64,000 nt of DNA. Source: Elusimicrobia bacterium GWA2_56_46. Lineage in GTDB: Bacteria > Elusimicrobiota > Elusimicrobia > Elusimicrobiales > UBA9959. The translations under genes were made by a program, and so were the position numbers. The stretch's first letter is position 1. Each line of letters begins with the position of its first letter. Of the stretch, positions 59,567-64,000 are shown piece by piece. The stretch is from positions 79,274 through 143,273 of the forward strand of contig MGTT01000028.1 of NCBI GenBank assembly GCA_001799575.1. Reading direction: 5' to 3'. Below the pieces are notes generated by a model that made no database searches, was not told the origin of the DNA, and saw only the letters and a list, made by a program, of their open reading frames with translations.

Positions 59567-60799
59567 ATGGCAAAGTCAGACATCATCGCCGGACTTGACA
59601 TGGGGTCAAGCCGGGTAACCTGCGTTTTGGCCGAGCACGATCCCGGATCGGAGAAAATAAGGATCCTCGCCGGCGCCTCGGCGCCCTGTAAGGGGCTCAA
59701 AGGCGGCGTGGTCGTCAATATCGCCGAAACGCAGCGCGCGATAGCCAATGTCATGGAGGCCGCCGAGGAAAAGGCCAAAGAGATCGTCGGAGAGGTTTAT
59801 CTCGGCGTGCGCGGCGGACATTTTCAGACTTTCAATAACCGCGGAGCTTACAATATCGCCCGCGCCGACAAGGAAATCACCGCCGAGGACGTTTCCAACG
59901 TCATAGAGAACGCCAAAGCGATACCTATTCCGTCCGACCGCGAGATCCTGCACGTCATTCCCCAGGGATTTTCGCTTGACCGCCAGCGCGGCGTGCCCAA
60001 CCCGGTGGGGATGGAGGGCGCGCTTCTGGAAGTCGGGGTTCACATCGTCACCGCCCAAAGTTCTCACATCAACAACCTTATGAAGTCGGTGTCGCAGGCC
60101 GGTTTCCGGGTGGTCGATACCGTTTATAATCTGCTGGCTATAGGAGAGCTCGTGGTCTCGCCCGAGGAGAAAGATCTCGGCTGCCTGCTTATCGATATCG
60201 GCGGCCAGACCACCGCCGTGGGGGTTTATTACGAGGGCAGCCTGCATTTCTCCAGCGAGATCCCGCTGGGAGGGGATCACGTGACGCGCGACATCGCTTA
60301 CGGCCTGGGAACCTCCATGTCCACGGCCCAGGAGATAAAGGAGAAATACGGCGCCGTCCTTTCAAGTCTGGTGGATGGCGACCGGATTCTGAACATAACC
60401 GGTCTGGACGCCAGAACCAAGAAAGAGATAAAGGCCCGCGATCTGCTGGATTATGTGCAGCCCAGAACCGAGGAGATGTTCGAGCGCGTGAATACTTTCC
60501 TGCAAAACTGTAATTCTTCCGACCTTCCCGGCGGGGCCATTCTCACCGGCGGCGGAGCCCTGCTGAAAGGCATGAACGAAGCCGCGGAGCAGCTGCTGGA
60601 GCTCAAGCAGGCCCGGTACGGGTTCGCCCGGCCCGACATTATAGAATGTCCAGAGGAGTATCTCAGCCAGACTTATACTTCGGCGATAGGCCTGGTATGC
60701 TATCAGTACCTTAAACCCTGGGCCAACGAACCCTCGGCCGCGCGCCGTCCGCCCATGATCCCGGCGGCCTGGTGGCGCTGGGTAAAGGATTTGTTTTAA
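59567..60799 (+). CDS. ftsA: Cell division protein FtsA.
   Basis: The actin-like ATPase fold begins GLDMGSS, continues with LIDIGGQTT, and ends in a C-terminal amphipathic tail. Confidence 0.92.
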   Translation: MAKSDIIAGLDMGSSRVTCVLAEHDPGSEKIRILAGASAPCKGLKGGVVVNIAETQRAIANVMEAAEEKAKEIVGEVYLGVRGGHFQTFNNRGAYNIARADKEITAEDVSNVIENAKAIPIPSDREILHVIPQGFSLDRQRGVPNPVGMEGALLEVGVHIVTAQSSHINNLMKSVSQAGFRVVDTVYNLLAIGELVVSPEEKDLGCLLIDIGGQTTAVGVYYEGSLHFSSEIPLGGDHVTRDIAYGLGTSMSTAQEIKEKYGAVLSSLVDGDRILNITGLDARTKKEIKARDLLDYVQPRTEEMFERVNTFLQNCNSSDLPGGAILTGGGALLKGMNEAAEQLLELKQARYGFARPDIIECPEEYLSQTYTSAIGLVCYQYLKPWANEPSAARRPPMIPAAWWRWVKDLF

Positions 60800-60806
60800 G
60801 GTTTTT

Positions 60807-61961
60807 ATGACCGACGCAAGAATCAGATATAACGGGGATTTTCAGGACCGGGAAGCCAGGATAAAGGTCATTGGCGTGGGAGGCGGAGGCGGAAACGCCG
60901 TCAACCGCATGGTGGAAGCGGATATCCGCATGGTTGACTTTATTTCCCTCAACACCGACGCGCAGGATCTCCGCCGCAATAAAGCCCCGAGCCGCGTGCA
61001 GATAGGGGAAACTCTCACCAAAGGTCTCGGGGTCGGCGGCGATCCGGCAAGAGGGCGTCAGGCGGCGCTGGAATCGGAGGAACTGGTAAAGGAAGCCGTT
61101 TCCGACGCCGACCTGATCTTTATCACCGCCGGCATGGGGGGCGGAACCGGCACCGGCGCCGCTCCCGTGGTCGCCCAGCTGGCAAAGGAGACTTCCTCGG
61201 CGCTGGTCATCGGCGTGGTCACCCGCCCGTTCGAATTCGAAGGTACAGTCAGGGCCAACCAGGCCGACCAGGGGATCCATGAGATGCGCAAGCACGTGGA
61301 TTCCCTCCTTGTGATCCCCAATGACCGTCTCCGCGACATAGTCGGGAGCGATACGGCGGCGACCGAGGCCTACCGCATAGCCGACGACGTGCTGAGGCAG
61401 GCTATCCAGGGCATCGCCGATGTTATAACCACCGCCGGTCTCATTAACGTGGATTTTCAGGATGTCCGCAAGATCATGACCAAGTCGGGAGAGGCTTTGA
61501 TCGGCATCGGCCAGGCTTCCGGCGAGAAGCGCCACCTGGACGCGGCTTCCCAGGCCATACACTCCCCGATGCTGGAGAACGCCGTTATAGACGGGGCCAA
61601 AGGCATCCTGGTGAATTTCACCAGCGCCAGGAACCTGAAGCTCTCGGAGATCCAGGAAGCCATGGAATATATCAGGAAGTCCTCCAACCCCGACGCGTTC
61701 ATAAAATTCGGGCAGGCGGACGACGACGCCGTGGGCGACGCCCTGAAGATAACCGTGATCGCGACCGGGTTCCCGTCGCGTCCCAAGACCGACCTGAGCA
61801 TAGATCTGGAAAGGCACCGCCATAAAAAACGGCCGCGTCCCGCGGGGGATTTTTTCGACAGTATCGACGGCCCGAACATGATCAATTCCGGTATGCCGGA
61901 CGAGGATCTGGACAGGCCCGCCTTTATGAGGCGTAAAACCGGAGGCCGGAGACTGAAATAA
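60807..61961 (+). CDS. ftsZ: Cell division GTPase FtsZ.
   Basis: The tubulin signature GGGTGTG appears as AGMGGGTGTGAAP, preceded by IGVGGGGGNAVNRM. Confidence 0.95.
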   Translation: MTDARIRYNGDFQDREARIKVIGVGGGGGNAVNRMVEADIRMVDFISLNTDAQDLRRNKAPSRVQIGETLTKGLGVGGDPARGRQAALESEELVKEAVSDADLIFITAGMGGGTGTGAAPVVAQLAKETSSALVIGVVTRPFEFEGTVRANQADQGIHEMRKHVDSLLVIPNDRLRDIVGSDTAATEAYRIADDVLRQAIQGIADVITTAGLINVDFQDVRKIMTKSGEALIGIGQASGEKRHLDAASQAIHSPMLENAVIDGAKGILVNFTSARNLKLSEIQEAMEYIRKSSNPDAFIKFGQADDDAVGDALKITVIATGFPSRPKTDLSIDLERHRHKKRPRPAGDFFDSIDGPNMINSGMPDEDLDRPAFMRRKTGGRRLK

Positions 61962-61971
61962 ATCCAAATTT

Positions 61972-63060
61972 ATGGCTATAAATCTTAATATGCTGCTGAA
62001 AGTGATGGTGCAGAACAAGGCGAGCGATACGCATATAAGGGGCGGCTCTCCCGTGTTCCTGCGCATAGACGGCCGGATCACGCAGATCAACGACTCTTCC
62101 ATGACTCCCAAAGAAGTGGAAGATATGATTTTCCCGCTGATGAACCCGCGCCTCCGGTCGGTGTTTAACGAGAAACACGAGGTTGATTTTTCGGTGGACG
62201 GCGGGGACACGGGCCGCTTCCGTTTCAATGTCTACGTTCAGAAAGGCAGGATCTGCGTGGCCATCCGGCATATTCCCCTGAAGATCCCCACATTTGAAGA
62301 GCTCCGGCTCCCCGTCGACCCCGTAAAGAAGCTGCTTGTGAACGAACGCGGCCTCATCCTGGTGACGGGTATTACCGGTTCCGGCAAGACCTCCACCCTG
62401 GCCGCCATGGTGGAATACCTGAACCAGAGCTGGGAGAGCCACATCATAACCATCGAGGATCCGATAGAATTCGTTTTTACGGACAAGAAAAGCATAATCA
62501 GCCAGCGCGAGATCGGAACCGATACCAATAGTTTCGTGGACGCCCTGCGCGCGGCCATGCGTCAGGATCCCGACATTATCCTTGTGGGAGAGATGCGCGA
62601 CCTGGTGACCACGCAGGCGGCTATAACCGCCGCGGAGACGGGACACCTGGTTTTCGCCACAATGCACACCGTCAACGCCGTTCAGACCCTTTCCCGGATC
62701 GTGGATCTTTATCCGCCGCACCAGCAGCCGCAGGTGCGTATGCAGCTGTCGGAAACTCTCAGGGGCGTAGTTTCCCAGCGCCTGCTGCCCTGCACCGGCG
62801 GCGGGCGTATCCCGGCCGTGGAGATTCTCACCGGCACGGCGCACATAAAGAAGATGATCGCCGAGAATAATATGGATTCGATAAGCCAGGCGATAGCGAA
62901 AGGCGCCTTTTACGGAATGCAGTCTTTCAATCAGTCCCTGGTCGGGCTGCATAAAAAAGGCCTGGCGAAACTTGACGACATTATCCAGGCGGCTTCTAAC
63001 CCGGACGATGTTCTGCTGGCCATCAAAGGCATAGAGCAGGAAATAGAGACGAAACATTAG
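61972..63060 (+). CDS. pilT: Type IV pilus retraction ATPase PilT.
   Basis: Walker A GITGSGKT, Asp box, Walker B and His box are present. The length is 362 aa. Confidence 0.88.
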   Translation: MAINLNMLLKVMVQNKASDTHIRGGSPVFLRIDGRITQINDSSMTPKEVEDMIFPLMNPRLRSVFNEKHEVDFSVDGGDTGRFRFNVYVQKGRICVAIRHIPLKIPTFEELRLPVDPVKKLLVNERGLILVTGITGSGKTSTLAAMVEYLNQSWESHIITIEDPIEFVFTDKKSIISQREIGTDTNSFVDALRAAMRQDPDIILVGEMRDLVTTQAAITAAETGHLVFATMHTVNAVQTLSRIVDLYPPHQQPQVRMQLSETLRGVVSQRLLPCTGGGRIPAVEILTGTAHIKKMIAENNMDSISQAIAKGAFYGMQSFNQSLVGLHKKGLAKLDDIIQAASNPDDVLLAIKGIEQEIETKH

Positions 63061-63069
63061 GAGATAATT

Positions 63070-63789
63070 ATGTTCGCAGAGGGTTATATCGGCGTGGCGG
63101 GTCTTATCGGCGTGGGAAAGTCCACTCTCACCATGGAGCTGGCCAAGGCCCTCAATTTCGAGCCCGTGCTTGAGGAAGTGGGCGGCAATCCCTACCTGGA
63201 AAATTTTTACGGCGACATGAAAAAATACGGAACCATCATGCAGATCTGGCTTCTGAACCACCGCTTCCGACAGCACCGGGAGTTCGTTTCCAGGATAAGT
63301 CTCGGCAAGATCCGCGGCGTGGTGCAGGACCGCACCATCTGGGAAGACACGATCTTCGCGCGCATGCTGAACCAGCATCCCGACAAGATCATAAGCGACA
63401 TGGATTATAACACCTACCTGGATCTCTTCGACAACATGGTTCTGCGCGAGCTGGTGTTTCCGCAGCTGCTGATCTTCCTGGATTGCCGCGTGGAGACGTC
63501 CATAGAACGGATAAATTCCCGCGGCCGCAACATGGAAAAAGCGATCGAAGCGGACTATCTGAAGAGTCTCCAGGAGAACTATTACCAGTTCATCGAAGAG
63601 ATGGAGTCCGCCGGCGTCAGGATCCTGCGGCTCAACTGGGAAAATTTCCAGCCGATAAGCGAAGTGGTGCGCCTCGTGAACGAGTACTCGCTTAAACCGT
63701 CCAATTTTACGAAGTGGGTCCGTCCGTTGAGGAAGATGGGGATGGAAAATAAGGCCAACCTGCCCAATAAGATCACGGTGGCTAAGTGA
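63070..63789 (+). CDS. Deoxynucleoside kinase (dGK/dCK family).
   Basis: The P-loop GLIGVGKST, an ERS-like motif and the dNK fold are present. Confidence 0.78.
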   Translation: MFAEGYIGVAGLIGVGKSTLTMELAKALNFEPVLEEVGGNPYLENFYGDMKKYGTIMQIWLLNHRFRQHREFVSRISLGKIRGVVQDRTIWEDTIFARMLNQHPDKIISDMDYNTYLDLFDNMVLRELVFPQLLIFLDCRVETSIERINSRGRNMEKAIEADYLKSLQENYYQFIEEMESAGVRILRLNWENFQPISEVVRLVNEYSLKPSNFTKWVRPLRKMGMENKANLPNKITVAK

Positions 63790-63825
63790 GAGTGGTCAGT
63801 GATTAGTGGATAGTGGTCGGTGGGG
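63785..63825 (+). repeat. Tandem heptamer array (AGTGAG AGTGGTC AGTGATT AGTGGAT AGTGGTC GGTGGGG). It overlaps the dNK stop and lies ~42 bp upstream of cmk.
   Basis: The 7-nt periodicity can be read directly, and the motif is the same as at 7372-7406. Confidence 0.7.
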
Positions 63826-63866
63826 AAATAGAAACCGCTTACCCGGGTAACGACAGAATAATTCAC

Positions 63867-64000
63867 ATGGGAAAACGTCCGAAAGGCATCATTGTGGCGA
63901 TAGACGGGCCGGCCGGTGTCGGCAAGTCCACCATAGGCAGGATGGTGGCCTCAAGCCTTGGCTACAGCTTTATAAGCACCGGGAAAATGTACAGGGCGCT
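63867..64000 (+). CDS. cmk: Cytidylate kinase, 5' part (the gene continues past the window end).
   Basis: [20 protein letters not shown] is the CMP kinase P-loop. Confidence 0.85.
   Translation, partial: MGKRPKGIIVAIDGPAGVGKSTIGRMVASSLGYSFISTGKMYRA

Overview
The window is a high-GC (~60-65%) bacterial chromosomal segment, probably from an uncultured or candidate-phylum lineage. It is dense with housekeeping genes: polA (3' part), rho, rpmE, prfA-prmC, murA, folC, a ROK glucokinase, lptD, tdk, tolB-ybgF-pal, menA and a polyprenyl synthase, valS, hemW, nusB, ligA, purH, kbl, a GH57 branching enzyme, rluD, lgt, ftsB, eno, a phosphohexomutase, psd-pssA, a metG-like gene, holB, tmk, ftsQ-ftsA-ftsZ, pilT, a deoxynucleoside kinase and cmk (5' part). 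There are also two tRNAs, Leu-UAA and Lys-UUU.

Several unusual elements sit among these genes. None of them could be tested against a database here; all calls rest on reading the sequence.
- A ~1.8 kb cassette inserted exactly at the polA stop codon. It carries an AbiEii-like nucleotidyltransferase and a BrnT/BrnA toxin-antitoxin pair and is bracketed by ~105 bp direct repeats.
- Two copies, 51 kb apart, of a ~180-195 nt rod-shaped structured RNA. The copies differ by compensatory base changes, which points to a real, so far unassigned ncRNA, possibly 6S-like.
- A family of 60-90 bp palindromic hairpin repeats whose outer stems co-vary between copies.
- A family of miniature inverted-repeat (MITE-like) elements with CTGTCATTCC termini, present in three copies.
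- AGTGGNN heptanucleotide tandem arrays placed 40-125 bp upstream of three unrelated genes.
- Other heptamer simple-sequence repeats, one overlapping a start codon and one inside holB.
- A metG-like gene in the canonical tmk-holB-metG position whose HIGH and KMSKS catalytic motifs are degenerate.
- An 808-aa protein that is coiled-coil along its whole length, lying next to a pilin gene and the ftsQAZ-pilT cluster.
- A remnant of an IS5/IS1182-type transposase.
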